Source: a virus (Duplodnaviria > Caudoviricetes). Taken from it: a stretch of 58,786 bases of DNA. Below are positions 8,689-17,979 of the stretch, in pieces. How positions within the stretch are numbered: position 1 is the stretch's first letter; every line of letters begins with the position of its first letter. The position numbers and the translations under genes were made by a program. Location of the stretch: IMG/VR virus record IMGVR_UViG_3300033067_002133, positions 1 to 58,786 of that record; one strand, written 5' to 3'. The notes under the pieces were generated by a model. That model had not been told where the DNA came from, searched no databases, and saw nothing but the letters and a program-made list of their open reading frames with translations.

Positions 8689-9082
8689 CCGTACTCCAGT
8701 TCAAAACATTGTTTGTGGTTTTCGCCTCGTCAACCTTCTCCTCGGTTTGCGTGATATCGAATACAGTGCCGATAATAAAACCGGTCCCTGCTTGCTCCTC
8801 GCCTTCCTTCTTCTTCCGGCTGATCGGAACCCAGATACCAAGCCCTTTTTCGCCTTTTCGCACCACACGACCGGCTTTCATCCACTGCTGGAATCCACCA
8901 ACTACTGTTGCACCTGGCCGCTGCCGAATCACAAAGCAAGAATTGAATGGGCTAAGTGGTTTTTGGTCGATCGTCATAATCGCGCCGCAATTGGCTACAA
9001 TCTCGTGCCGCTGTTCCTGACTCATCGCACTGATCTCTTTCGCCAATGCTTGCAATTGCTCGCGTCTTTCGTTCGTTTTCAT
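8678..9082 (-). CDS. ArdC N-terminal-like ssDNA-binding domain protein (start moved to ATG 9082)
   Basis: SPFN..QRPGATVVGGFQQW..GRVVRKGEKG..IWVP..VFDITQT. Confidence 0.8.
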   Translation of the reverse strand: MKTNERREQLQALAKEISAMSQEQRHEIVANCGAIMTIDQKPLSPFNSCFVIRQRPGATVVGGFQQWMKAGRVVRKGEKGLGIWVPISRKKKEGEEQAGTGFIIGTVFDITQTEEKVDEAKTTNNVLNWSTVEA

Positions 9083-9249
9083 CGGTTCGCTCCCTTTTGT
9101 TGGTTTAGATAAAAATTGTGGCGTGAACATATTGAACTAAGCTCAATCAACTGCATTCCGTATTTGTTCGCAATTGCCTGGTATGCTTGGGTCGATACCT
9201 TGAATTGCTTCCATAGTCGGTATGCTTTTTTTAAGTCGGTCGGGCTCAT
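9079..9249 (-). CDS. 56-aa hypothetical protein (below ORF-track cutoff)
   Basis: AGGAG RBS, MSPTDLKKAYRLWKQ..., ATGA overlap with the ArdC-like gene. Confidence 0.6.
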   Translation of the reverse strand: MSPTDLKKAYRLWKQFKVSTQAYQAIANKYGMQLIELSSICSRHNFYLNQQKGANR

Positions 9250-9282
9250 TCGTTCACTCCTACCACTTGTTCGTTACAACAC

Positions 9283-9311
9283 TATATTGGATATATCCGA
9301 TAGATGTCAAC
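9283..9311 (-). promoter_or_regulatory. repeated promoter motif copy 8
   Basis: GTTGACA-N14-CCAATATA. Confidence 0.8.
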
Positions 9312-9337
9312 AAACAAAATCGGCATTTTACTGCCGA
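9312..9337 (-). terminator. possible intrinsic terminator after the sigma-domain gene
   Basis: TCGGCA-GTAAAA-TGCCGA-TTTTGTTT. Confidence 0.5.
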
Positions 9338-9344
9338 CATTGAT

Positions 9345-12329
9345 TTACGCTTTTTCTTGCTCGATATCGATCATTGCGTCGTGGACATCGCCTTTTAGGT
9401 CTGGGCGATTATCGTTGATGTATTTGATCATTAACCGCTGATGTATTGGCTGTGTGTTTGACAGAACGCGATATACGTCTGATCGTCTAAGCTTGCTGAT
9501 ATCATCTGCCGCTATCTTTACCATCGCGTCTGGATTGAAATCGTGTATCGATACCGATTTGCTTTCAGGTTTTCGTACCAACTCATCTGGAACGCCTGGC
9601 TCATCCAAGAATTGCGTTTGTCCTGCAAGTCCGCTGGTGCTGAATAGTGCCGATTGCGTTTCCTTGGGTTGCGGTGCTGTCGGTTTCTTGACGGCTTGCG
9701 GTTTAACGTCATTGCCAAATAAGTCTTTGCTCATCGCTTTCTCCTGTGGTGGTTGTTGCGACTCACTTATTGGCTTTTCCTTTGACTTGTCAACACCTTT
9801 CAGCCGCTCCATTACCATGTTAACGCGACGGCTTTGGGTTTCCGCCATTGGTCTAATCTTGTCGATCGACCGCTTGATGATCATGTTGATATTCTGCCGC
9901 GACTCGCCCATTTCCTTGGCTACGTCCGTTTGCTTCTGTCCTTTGATGTAAACCTTCTCAAGAATAGTTCTCTCCCGCTCTGGAAGTTCTGATAAAAACG
10001 ATTTAACCGAATTTCTCAAGTCCACTTGCGTCGGTTCATCCGGCTCTCGCATTTCGGCTGCGCGGTGATCGGCCACGTTGGCAATCATGTCGCCTTCGAC
10101 ATTGGAGCCTAGCGCTGGCTGATTCAAGCTCACAGTCGATCGATCGTCGCGTTTTTTTCTCGTCTCGTGACGATACATATTAATTCGTGTCGTATTGGCA
10201 ATCGCAGCAATCCACGTTGAAAACTTAAAGCCTTTTGCTGGATCAAATCGATGCCTGTTTTGATGCGCTGCAAGTAGCACCTCTTGAGTGAAGTCGTCAA
10301 GATAATCCTCGCCTTTCTTGCCGAGCCCTTTCTTGACTGCCCATTTTCGAATACCGTTATGAATCTTCGGATCGTTGATTAGCTCATCGAAGTTTGCAAC
10401 CGCTTGCGGTTTTTCTTCGGGCTCAACAATACTGACGGCGGCGCTCTCTGGTTTTTCTTGCGCGGCTGGTACTTCCGGTTCATCGCTAGGCTCGTCAATC
10501 TTTACCGCTGCCGCCTGCTCCTCTTGAGCGCGTTTCTGTTTGAATAATTCTTGAGCCCTGGCTCGTGCTGGATGAATCGGCTTGTCGGCCACCATGCTGT
10601 CTCGCATTTGGATCATGCGAAACATATCTTTTTTGGTTAAGTTCTCGCCTCTCGACAAGTCCCAAATGTTTTTGTTTTCAGCGATCGACTGCTGAACGAT
10701 TCGCTTGATTTTGTCGTCAACGCTTTCGGGCTGCGATTTCGGCGTCTCGCTGACTGGGGAATCTTCTGGCTCTTTGATCTCGACCGCCTCGCTGTCCATC
10801 GGCAATCGCATAACCATCTGACCGCCGCGATCGACGGCTTCCACCTTCGGTCCTTGACCAACCGGCTTTTTGCTTTCGTTATCATCGAATAGCGATTTTG
10901 TCTTTTGCTTAGCTACGAATGCCGCCATTTCATCGTAGGCTGATGTTTTCTTGGTCGGGCGTTCAACCATTTGCAGTGGATTAGTCGGCTTGATCGGGCC
11001 ATCGTTTCCATGCTCTAACGTTTCTGGAGGATCTCCATGCGGATCAAACAAAACGCCTTGATTCGGATCGAAGTCTTTGAGCAAGTGCCAGCGAGGCTTT
11101 CCTGCTGTCGTGTCCTTCAAAATGTACGTGTGGCCGTCAACCTTTTTCAACGAACCGATCTTCCAAACCTTAGCATTGAACATCTCGCGGCCCATCGCAT
11201 TAGTCGTTGGTCCTAATGGCATGGCGTATCGCAGTGGATTTCCTTTTGAAAACGGAACGCTATCGTCTCGCTTTTCTGGCTTCCAGTTTTCATCTTCAGA
11301 ATCCTTTCCGTCGCCGTCATAAAACGCTTGGGATCGATCGTAGTAATGAGTTCCCATCAACTTGTCGGTGTCCAGATACTTGTCAACCGCCTTGAAAATT
11401 TCTGGGTCGTGAGGCTGGATTTCTGGCTTCACTCCCATTCGAATTGCATCGGCAAATACTTCAAGCGGATCAGTTTGAGCGCCTGAAACATTCTTTTGCA
11501 TGTGACTCATAAGCACTGGTAAATGATGCTCGTACTGACTCATGTGCGTATCGAATCCGCGAATAGAATCGACATCGCTGTTTTCCAGCGCTTTGGTTAC
11601 TTTATTCTTGAACGATCGTCGATTCTCACCGCTAATGTCTTTGACTGCGGCATTCCAATCACGAATACCGTCATTTCGTCGACCGGCTTCTTCCAGTGCT
11701 GCTTGCTTGATCAATGGAAACACTTCAGGGTGATCGCCATACCGCGCCACGATATTTGTATCTAACGCTTTTCTGCGGTCGTATGTAACCGGCGTGTAGT
11801 TTTTCTTCCCTGTATCGTTGTAAACCGGGTGATAGTGTTCTCTCTCAAAATCATTAGGCGCATGGATATCTCTCGCTTGCGGCTCCCAACCTTCTGGAAC
11901 ATGAGACAGATCGACATTGTAGTCTCCATGCTCGTTTGGACTGATGACTGCGAACGACTTTTTATTCAAATCGAGATGGTCCGCATGTTCTGGAAAGTTC
12001 GAATCGTGAAAGTAGTGATAATCCGCTTTCGGGTTTCCAAAATGCGTGGCGTGATTGTTGAATAGATGCATGTGATCGCCCGTTCGCACCATCACCGCAT
12101 CGTACTGTGCAAGATCAGGCGAAAATGAGGAATCACCAACATGCGAATCGTACAGATTTTTAGCGATAGACTTGCCATTGTCTCCCATGTCCGGCATTTT
12201 TGGTTTTGGCGCATTAATGTTGAATTCATCTGGATCGAATGAATCATCTTCTTGCGTGGCCAACGAACCAAAAAAATCGTCGTCTTCTGGGGTGTCGACG
12301 CCATCTTTGTTGTATCGCATTTTGAGCAT
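9345..12329 (-). CDS. ~994-aa multidomain protein with embedded sigma-70 family domain (regions 2 and 4, ~9850-10370)
   Basis: DDFTQEVLL..RFDPAKGFKFSTWIAAIA; VSLNQP; LSELPERERTILEKVYIKGQKQTDVAKEMGESRQNINMIIKRSIDKIR; AAGGAG RBS at the portal stop. Confidence 0.85.
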   Translation of the reverse strand: MLKMRYNKDGVDTPEDDDFFGSLATQEDDSFDPDEFNINAPKPKMPDMGDNGKSIAKNLYDSHVGDSSFSPDLAQYDAVMVRTGDHMHLFNNHATHFGNPKADYHYFHDSNFPEHADHLDLNKKSFAVISPNEHGDYNVDLSHVPEGWEPQARDIHAPNDFEREHYHPVYNDTGKKNYTPVTYDRRKALDTNIVARYGDHPEVFPLIKQAALEEAGRRNDGIRDWNAAVKDISGENRRSFKNKVTKALENSDVDSIRGFDTHMSQYEHHLPVLMSHMQKNVSGAQTDPLEVFADAIRMGVKPEIQPHDPEIFKAVDKYLDTDKLMGTHYYDRSQAFYDGDGKDSEDENWKPEKRDDSVPFSKGNPLRYAMPLGPTTNAMGREMFNAKVWKIGSLKKVDGHTYILKDTTAGKPRWHLLKDFDPNQGVLFDPHGDPPETLEHGNDGPIKPTNPLQMVERPTKKTSAYDEMAAFVAKQKTKSLFDDNESKKPVGQGPKVEAVDRGGQMVMRLPMDSEAVEIKEPEDSPVSETPKSQPESVDDKIKRIVQQSIAENKNIWDLSRGENLTKKDMFRMIQMRDSMVADKPIHPARARAQELFKQKRAQEEQAAAVKIDEPSDEPEVPAAQEKPESAAVSIVEPEEKPQAVANFDELINDPKIHNGIRKWAVKKGLGKKGEDYLDDFTQEVLLAAHQNRHRFDPAKGFKFSTWIAAIANTTRINMYRHETRKKRDDRSTVSLNQPALGSNVEGDMIANVADHRAAEMREPDEPTQVDLRNSVKSFLSELPERERTILEKVYIKGQKQTDVAKEMGESRQNINMIIKRSIDKIRPMAETQSRRVNMVMERLKGVDKSKEKPISESQQPPQEKAMSKDLFGNDVKPQAVKKPTAPQPKETQSALFSTSGLAGQTQFLDEPGVPDELVRKPESKSVSIHDFNPDAMVKIAADDISKLRRSDVYRVLSNTQPIHQRLMIKYINDNRPDLKGDVHDAMIDIEQEKA

Positions 12330-12331
12330 GA

Positions 12332-15300
12332 CTATCTCCTTCTTCGGTGGTGCATATGTGACGACATCACCCACATTACCGCCAACAATCCTGCCAGGAT
12401 CAGCAAATTTCGTTTTCCGCCCACTGCGTCCGCTAAACTGTCGTACCATCCTTTGGTTGACTTTTGTTCGCTCAAATGGTTTAACGACGCAACCAGCGAC
12501 TCTTGATACATTTTCATGGCCTTCTTGTCACCACGAACCAAGTGTTCCTTCAATACGCTCATGGTGTACGGAGGCTTAAACCCTCGCTTCATTGCGGTTT
12601 GCAGAATATGCTGCGCGGCTTTCGTCGACTGAACATATCGACTATGCGCTGGATTTGGTTGCCAGCCAAGATTGATCGCTGCGGCGCTTAGCTTATCCAA
12701 TCGCTCAGTTTGCTGATGCAGGAACTTGCCGGCCGCAATTGTTTGCTCCTCTTTGCTCGCTCCTCGCATGTTGAGCCCTAAATGATGGGCTGTCTGCCGA
12801 ATGAAATTGCCGACTGCATTTTGATTGTGCAAGTTTCTTTCATTAAATCCAAACGCTACGGCAACTTTGTTGATCTTCCGCATTGTGCCTGGCGGAATCT
12901 TCATTGTGGTTGCCTTGTCTTCCGGTTGCTGACCTGGGACACCTGTTGGATTTTTCTGATGCCAATCTACTGCCTCTTGAAACAGCTTTGGATCGACCTT
13001 TGATCCGAAATCGTCGTCGTTGACAAGATCTGGAATCTGGCGATTTTCCCAAGCAGTTATACCGGTAGTCTTATCGTGGATCTTCTCCCAATCACCGATT
13101 TTAGTTCCAACCGGCATTGATCGAACATGCAAGATGTCTGGCTTGCTTCCTGTTGGCGATTGCTGCGGTGCGGCTGGCTGTGTCGGTTTCGCCTGCTGCT
13201 CTTGCGTCAGCATTGGTTCTGGCGACTGAGGGGACTGGGAATCTGGCGCTGGTGCGTCAACTGATTCGTCTTGTGGAACTTCCGTCAACGCTTGTTCATC
13301 TTGCGGCACAACCGTTTTTGCTTGCTCTGCATCGAGCGACTGTTTCTGCGATACCGCTTCCAATCGTTTCTGCCAATCACCAACATTGCCGCCAAGATGC
13401 TTAATGACCTGGCCTGCGTCTGCCGGAATTTGACTGCCTTCGATCCAGAATTTTCCGTGTTGCTTTTTAACGCCATCGATCTCTGCTCCATCAGGCAGTG
13501 CGTCAAGCTTTCCTTTGACATCTGACATGCGAAGCGATTCCTGCGCAACTGGCTGTTGCTGAATGTCGACTGGTGCGGCATCACCAGCTTTGTGCGGGAA
13601 CATTTGGTCGACCACTTGTTGGCCTTTTTCGCTCGTTAGCCAATCAGTCATTTCGCCTGGATGTGTGAATTGGGATTTCATCGCGTGTGCAAGTTCATCG
13701 GCCTTCATAACCGAACCCGCGTCTCGATGACCACGCTCCCATGCCAATTGAATCAAGCTACTGGAGCCCGGCGCCATCTTTTTCTCTTGCGGTGGATTAC
13801 CAAGCTGCATTTGCAACAAAACCGTTTCTGCTTGTTTTTTGTTTAGCTTTGTGGCTGCATTAGCTTGCTTGCTCCAAATCGCTTTGTGTTCGTCAATCTT
13901 CTTTGCTTTCTCTTGCTCAACTCGTGCCGCCTCTGCGGCCGCTTCTTGCTGCTTTCGTTGCTCCATTGCCTGCGAAACATTAGCGGCATGCTTTTCGATA
14001 GTTTGGGGATCATACCCTTCGTCCGAAAAACTGAAATCGCCGCCTTTGCCGAACAGCGTATTTCCATTTACCTTCATACCGTTTTGATCGGACTTCCACG
14101 TATCGTTCCCTAAATGGGTGTACGAGCCCTTCGTCGGTGACTGAGCCACCAAATTGGTAGGCAGCACTGAACGCTGCTCTTTACTTGCGATGTGATTCTT
14201 GAAATCAAACTTCCGCGCTGGATCGTTGTTTGCTTCCAGATATGCCTGCCGCTCCTCGTTTGACGCTTCTTCAAACTCTTTTCGTGGAATCAATTGGCCG
14301 TACTCAAACTGTTTTCCTGCCAGCGTGACTCCGCCAAATGGAGCATAGCCACGATGAACCATGTCGTTGTGCAACTCTCGACGTTTGAGCATCGGCCTGT
14401 GGCCATCATCGACCTGTTTTTCGTCTTGTGGCTCAACTGGCTTCGGCTGATCAACTTGAGGCTGCTGTGGCTCAACTGGCGCGGGGTCTTGTTTTGGCTC
14501 TGCCTGTGGCTGCGATTGAATATTTTCATCCGAACTAACGCTAGATTCACCAGATTGCTTTTGAACTGGCGCTGCCGATTTCCTGGCTGCTGCCCATGCT
14601 TGCATATTCGGTGCTTCGACTGAAGCCTCGGCCGGCTTCACCTTCTTCAGCTTTGGCATTTTCACCTGGCGAACCTCGCCATGCTGCATGCCCTTCATTT
14701 GCTCCTTAACGCTATCGTGAACCGCCTTGGCGTGATGCAATAGTTCTTCTTCGGGGAGCCCGTGTTCGGCCACCAGCTTGTCTCGCAACTTGGCAACCTG
14801 GATCGCATGCTGGCCTTGGCTTTTCTGGTCAGTTTTGCCACTGGCCAAACGAGTCATCTTTGCGGCACTGGCATAATCGTGAAGATCCCGGTGAAGCGGG
14901 TTTTCAAACTGAACCGTCCCATGATTCATGCCGGCGATGTAATTCCTGGTCAGGTTGGACGGTTTTTGGCCTGCTGGAGCCCCTGGCTTCAATTCTGGCG
15001 CTGGTTTGCTATCGTCAGCCTTCCATCGGCCACCCTGTAGCGTTTCCTGGCCTCCTGAGTCGCTAATGCGGCTTGAGCCCGGTTGTGGGTCTATTCCGCC
15101 CTTAACCTCGGCCTCGGCGCCCGGTTCAGGCAAATCGATCTTTGGCGGTTTGGCTGGCAAGCCGATTTTCGATTCACTCGGCTCTTGGACGTACCGTTCA
15201 GGCTGCTTGCCCTTTCGATACCGCGGATGGCCTTCGAATTGATCGTACTGCTCGTCGATTCCATGCGGATCGTGATCTGGGTGATTCGGATCGGTTTCTG

Positions 15301-16924
15301 GATCGCCGCCTCCCGGCCCTTCTGGTCCTGAATCGTTGGGCGGTCCACCGCTCGGCCCACCGTCTGGTCCCTGGCCTGGCAATTGCGTTCCTGGCGGCAT
15401 CTGATTTCCGCCCTGCTGCATCACCTGCTCCTGCTGTTTCAATTGAAGCTTTTGAGCGACGATCGCAGGATTGAACAGCTTCAGATCTCCGCGGCCTGGG
15501 GCATTCAAGCCTAACCTAGCCAGAACTTCCGCTCCGTTCAATTCGGCGCCCATGTCCCAAGCAGCTTTCATCGCCATTAACTCCTGCTGAGGAATCGTCG
15601 ATTCAGGATTCAGCCGAAAGTAAAACGGGACGTTGCGATACTGAGGATAATTCCAATCACGCAGAACATCGACCTTCTCCCTGGTGACAGTTTCCTCCAG
15701 CGCCGCCGAGTCACTCCTGACGATCTGCTTCAAGCTGTCGTGCTGCAAATCGGCAACACCGCTGTTGCCAATACCACCACCTGCCGCCTTGGTTGACAGT
15801 GTTTGACCAAGAATAAACCTGGTGATCATATCACCAAAGTAATTGTCGATTAGATTTTGCAATGCCTGCATGCCGGCCGTGTTCATCGGAATCTGCTCTA
15901 CCGTTGGCATCTGCGGCATCGCCGGATCGTAAGGCGCAAGAATCACATTAGTCTTGCCCTGCTGCGCGGCAACCTTCTCGATCTCTTGCTTGTAAGTGTA
16001 ATTGCCTGTTGGGTAGTAATAGATCGTGAACCCCATCGCTGTCCGCTCGACGATTTCGACAAGCTGTGCGAGGGTTTCTTGCTTTTGATACCAAGTCCAG
16101 TACAAAAAGTTTCGTATGCCAACACCTTGGACGTAACCGGCCGACACCGGATCTTCGTACTCGCCATCACGAATCATATGCTTATGAACGATGATTCGAC
16201 GACGCTCCCACCCATCAAAAAACACCGCGGGACCATCGGGCGTTAAGTCTGCTTTTAAGTTGTGATACAATCCTCCTTCATTGTTTCGATTCAAATGAGA
16301 CATGCTAACTTTGATACCAACCCCATCTGGATCATAGCTGCCTGAATTATCATCAAATCGAAACACAAGCTTATCGCCATTAATTGGCATCCACTTGTTG
16401 ATATGCCACTGCGGCTTTCCGGCTCGATCGTGACTTCTCGCTGCACTATGCAAAATCGCATACTTCCCATACCAAATTGCCTCGCTCAAAACGCGAAGGT
16501 ACTCGGTGAATCGATATGTCTTCGAAACCAGCCTGGTCAAATGCGCTGCCGCCTGAAGTAGTTGCTTGTCATGCTTATCTTCGGGCTCAATACTCCAATT
16601 CAACAACGACACCATTCGCTGCCGCGCTTGCAGCGGTCCAGAGATTACCGGATCGTTAAGCATCGCTGCCGCATTTTGAACATTATGCAAAATAGCCTGA
16701 TCGGCATTCCTGTAAACCTTGGCGAGACTACTGACGAGTCCGCCAAACGTGTAGATGTGAGGGATAACCGTCTTTCCAAAATTAGACGGCATCGAAGTTC
16801 CACTCGTTGGATCTACGTTTAACTGTTGTCGATACTTGATTGGCGCAAGCTGACCTGGTAGGTAGTTGGTTCCTCCCGCGCGAAAACCACCTGGCATATC
16901 GACTACAAATTGATGGTCACTCAT
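12332..16924 (-). CDS. Mu gp29-like (DUF935) portal protein with ~1000-aa C-terminal extension
   Basis: EAIWYG, G.GI...LYW.W, ILGQTLST, LEETVT..V..L.D.N in the first ~490 aa; located after terL. Confidence 0.85.
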   Translation of the reverse strand: MSDHQFVVDMPGGFRAGGTNYLPGQLAPIKYRQQLNVDPTSGTSMPSNFGKTVIPHIYTFGGLVSSLAKVYRNADQAILHNVQNAAAMLNDPVISGPLQARQRMVSLLNWSIEPEDKHDKQLLQAAAHLTRLVSKTYRFTEYLRVLSEAIWYGKYAILHSAARSHDRAGKPQWHINKWMPINGDKLVFRFDDNSGSYDPDGVGIKVSMSHLNRNNEGGLYHNLKADLTPDGPAVFFDGWERRRIIVHKHMIRDGEYEDPVSAGYVQGVGIRNFLYWTWYQKQETLAQLVEIVERTAMGFTIYYYPTGNYTYKQEIEKVAAQQGKTNVILAPYDPAMPQMPTVEQIPMNTAGMQALQNLIDNYFGDMITRFILGQTLSTKAAGGGIGNSGVADLQHDSLKQIVRSDSAALEETVTREKVDVLRDWNYPQYRNVPFYFRLNPESTIPQQELMAMKAAWDMGAELNGAEVLARLGLNAPGRGDLKLFNPAIVAQKLQLKQQEQVMQQGGNQMPPGTQLPGQGPDGGPSGGPPNDSGPEGPGGGDPETDPNHPDHDPHGIDEQYDQFEGHPRYRKGKQPERYVQEPSESKIGLPAKPPKIDLPEPGAEAEVKGGIDPQPGSSRISDSGGQETLQGGRWKADDSKPAPELKPGAPAGQKPSNLTRNYIAGMNHGTVQFENPLHRDLHDYASAAKMTRLASGKTDQKSQGQHAIQVAKLRDKLVAEHGLPEEELLHHAKAVHDSVKEQMKGMQHGEVRQVKMPKLKKVKPAEASVEAPNMQAWAAARKSAAPVQKQSGESSVSSDENIQSQPQAEPKQDPAPVEPQQPQVDQPKPVEPQDEKQVDDGHRPMLKRRELHNDMVHRGYAPFGGVTLAGKQFEYGQLIPRKEFEEASNEERQAYLEANNDPARKFDFKNHIASKEQRSVLPTNLVAQSPTKGSYTHLGNDTWKSDQNGMKVNGNTLFGKGGDFSFSDEGYDPQTIEKHAANVSQAMEQRKQQEAAAEAARVEQEKAKKIDEHKAIWSKQANAATKLNKKQAETVLLQMQLGNPPQEKKMAPGSSSLIQLAWERGHRDAGSVMKADELAHAMKSQFTHPGEMTDWLTSEKGQQVVDQMFPHKAGDAAPVDIQQQPVAQESLRMSDVKGKLDALPDGAEIDGVKKQHGKFWIEGSQIPADAGQVIKHLGGNVGDWQKRLEAVSQKQSLDAEQAKTVVPQDEQALTEVPQDESVDAPAPDSQSPQSPEPMLTQEQQAKPTQPAAPQQSPTGSKPDILHVRSMPVGTKIGDWEKIHDKTTGITAWENRQIPDLVNDDDFGSKVDPKLFQEAVDWHQKNPTGVPGQQPEDKATTMKIPPGTMRKINKVAVAFGFNERNLHNQNAVGNFIRQTAHHLGLNMRGASKEEQTIAAGKFLHQQTERLDKLSAAAINLGWQPNPAHSRYVQSTKAAQHILQTAMKRGFKPPYTMSVLKEHLVRGDKKAMKMYQESLVASLNHLSEQKSTKGWYDSLADAVGGKRNLLILAGLLAVMWVMSSHMHHRRRR

Positions 16925-17910
16925 TGAAGACCTCTAGGGTTGTTGTACCCTGGTAAATTTGAAACTAAGAATGGCCGTCGCCCTTGACCGATAGACGGAA
17001 CGGAACGAACGCGAAAGCCTAAACTAGATGACTTGCGCGGCGTGTAAGCTGCAAACGATCCATTGCCAAGCGATAGGAATGTTGGAGTCACCAATTGATA
17101 CGTGTACTGATGCTCCCAAAGACTTCCGCAAACTCGCAATCGCTGCCAAACGAATTCGCCCTTACTCATTGCTTTTCGCATTTCATTGAACACGGACTGC
17201 GGCACTGGTTTTGCGCGACTTCCGTAGGCGTAAAGCGGGCCTGGAATATGCGCCTTGTGTCCCATCATGTACGGTTTGCCGTTACATTGATTTATCTGTC
17301 CGGTGTAATGCGTTGGAGTGGTCTGAGCCTTGTACTGCACATAAAGAATTCCGCTTTCGGCATCATAATTGAAACCGTAAACGTTGCTGCTCTCTGGAGT
17401 CTGAATCAAATTTCCGACAACATCGCCGGCTGATCCATCCTCAACTCCCATCGCTTTCAGCAAGCTATCTCGCTGGATCTTTTGTCGCCGACTTCCGATA
17501 CCGCCGACTGTGGGGACCGTCGCCACTTCAAACGTGGGAGTTTTTAATCCGAACTCTTGCGGCCCCAATCGAATCGGACCTTCTGGTGGGATCTCGTTTC
17601 CAAATCGAATCATCTCAAGCTGATCTGGAGTCGATAGCTCGTTTTGGTTTGGAACTTGCACGATCGTTTCGTACTCGTACAAACTAGGATCTGGCTCCCC
17701 TTTACTGGCGAATCCAGATTGCTCCATAAGTTCGGCGCTACGGCGGATATCATCTGGGGTTGCGGCGCCACCGGTACGGAAGATATCGACAACTGCACCA
17801 AACAATCGGCCGACTTGGCCGTGTGTCCGAGACAGCGCTTCAGAAAACGAACCGCCAAATGCGGATTTCATTAGACCGTAAACGCGGCTTAGTAGTCCTT
17901 TGTCCTTCAT
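16921..17910 (-). CDS. KTSC-domain protein
   Basis: ESSNVYGFNYD...LYVQY...YAY..VPQSVF..M..AMSKGEFV. Confidence 0.75.
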   Translation of the reverse strand: MKDKGLLSRVYGLMKSAFGGSFSEALSRTHGQVGRLFGAVVDIFRTGGAATPDDIRRSAELMEQSGFASKGEPDPSLYEYETIVQVPNQNELSTPDQLEMIRFGNEIPPEGPIRLGPQEFGLKTPTFEVATVPTVGGIGSRRQKIQRDSLLKAMGVEDGSAGDVVGNLIQTPESSNVYGFNYDAESGILYVQYKAQTTPTHYTGQINQCNGKPYMMGHKAHIPGPLYAYGSRAKPVPQSVFNEMRKAMSKGEFVWQRLRVCGSLWEHQYTYQLVTPTFLSLGNGSFAAYTPRKSSSLGFRVRSVPSIGQGRRPFLVSNLPGYNNPRGLQ

Positions 17911-17979
17911 TATGGCTTCCTGGTAACTGCCGCGTCTTGCGAAGATTTTCAGAATTGTAGCATGTCGTTTGCGTAAATT

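Noticed and set aside
12330-12449. ORF-track N-terminal extension of the sigma protein
   Set aside because: Overlaps the portal gene; ATG 12329 has a good AAGGAG RBS.
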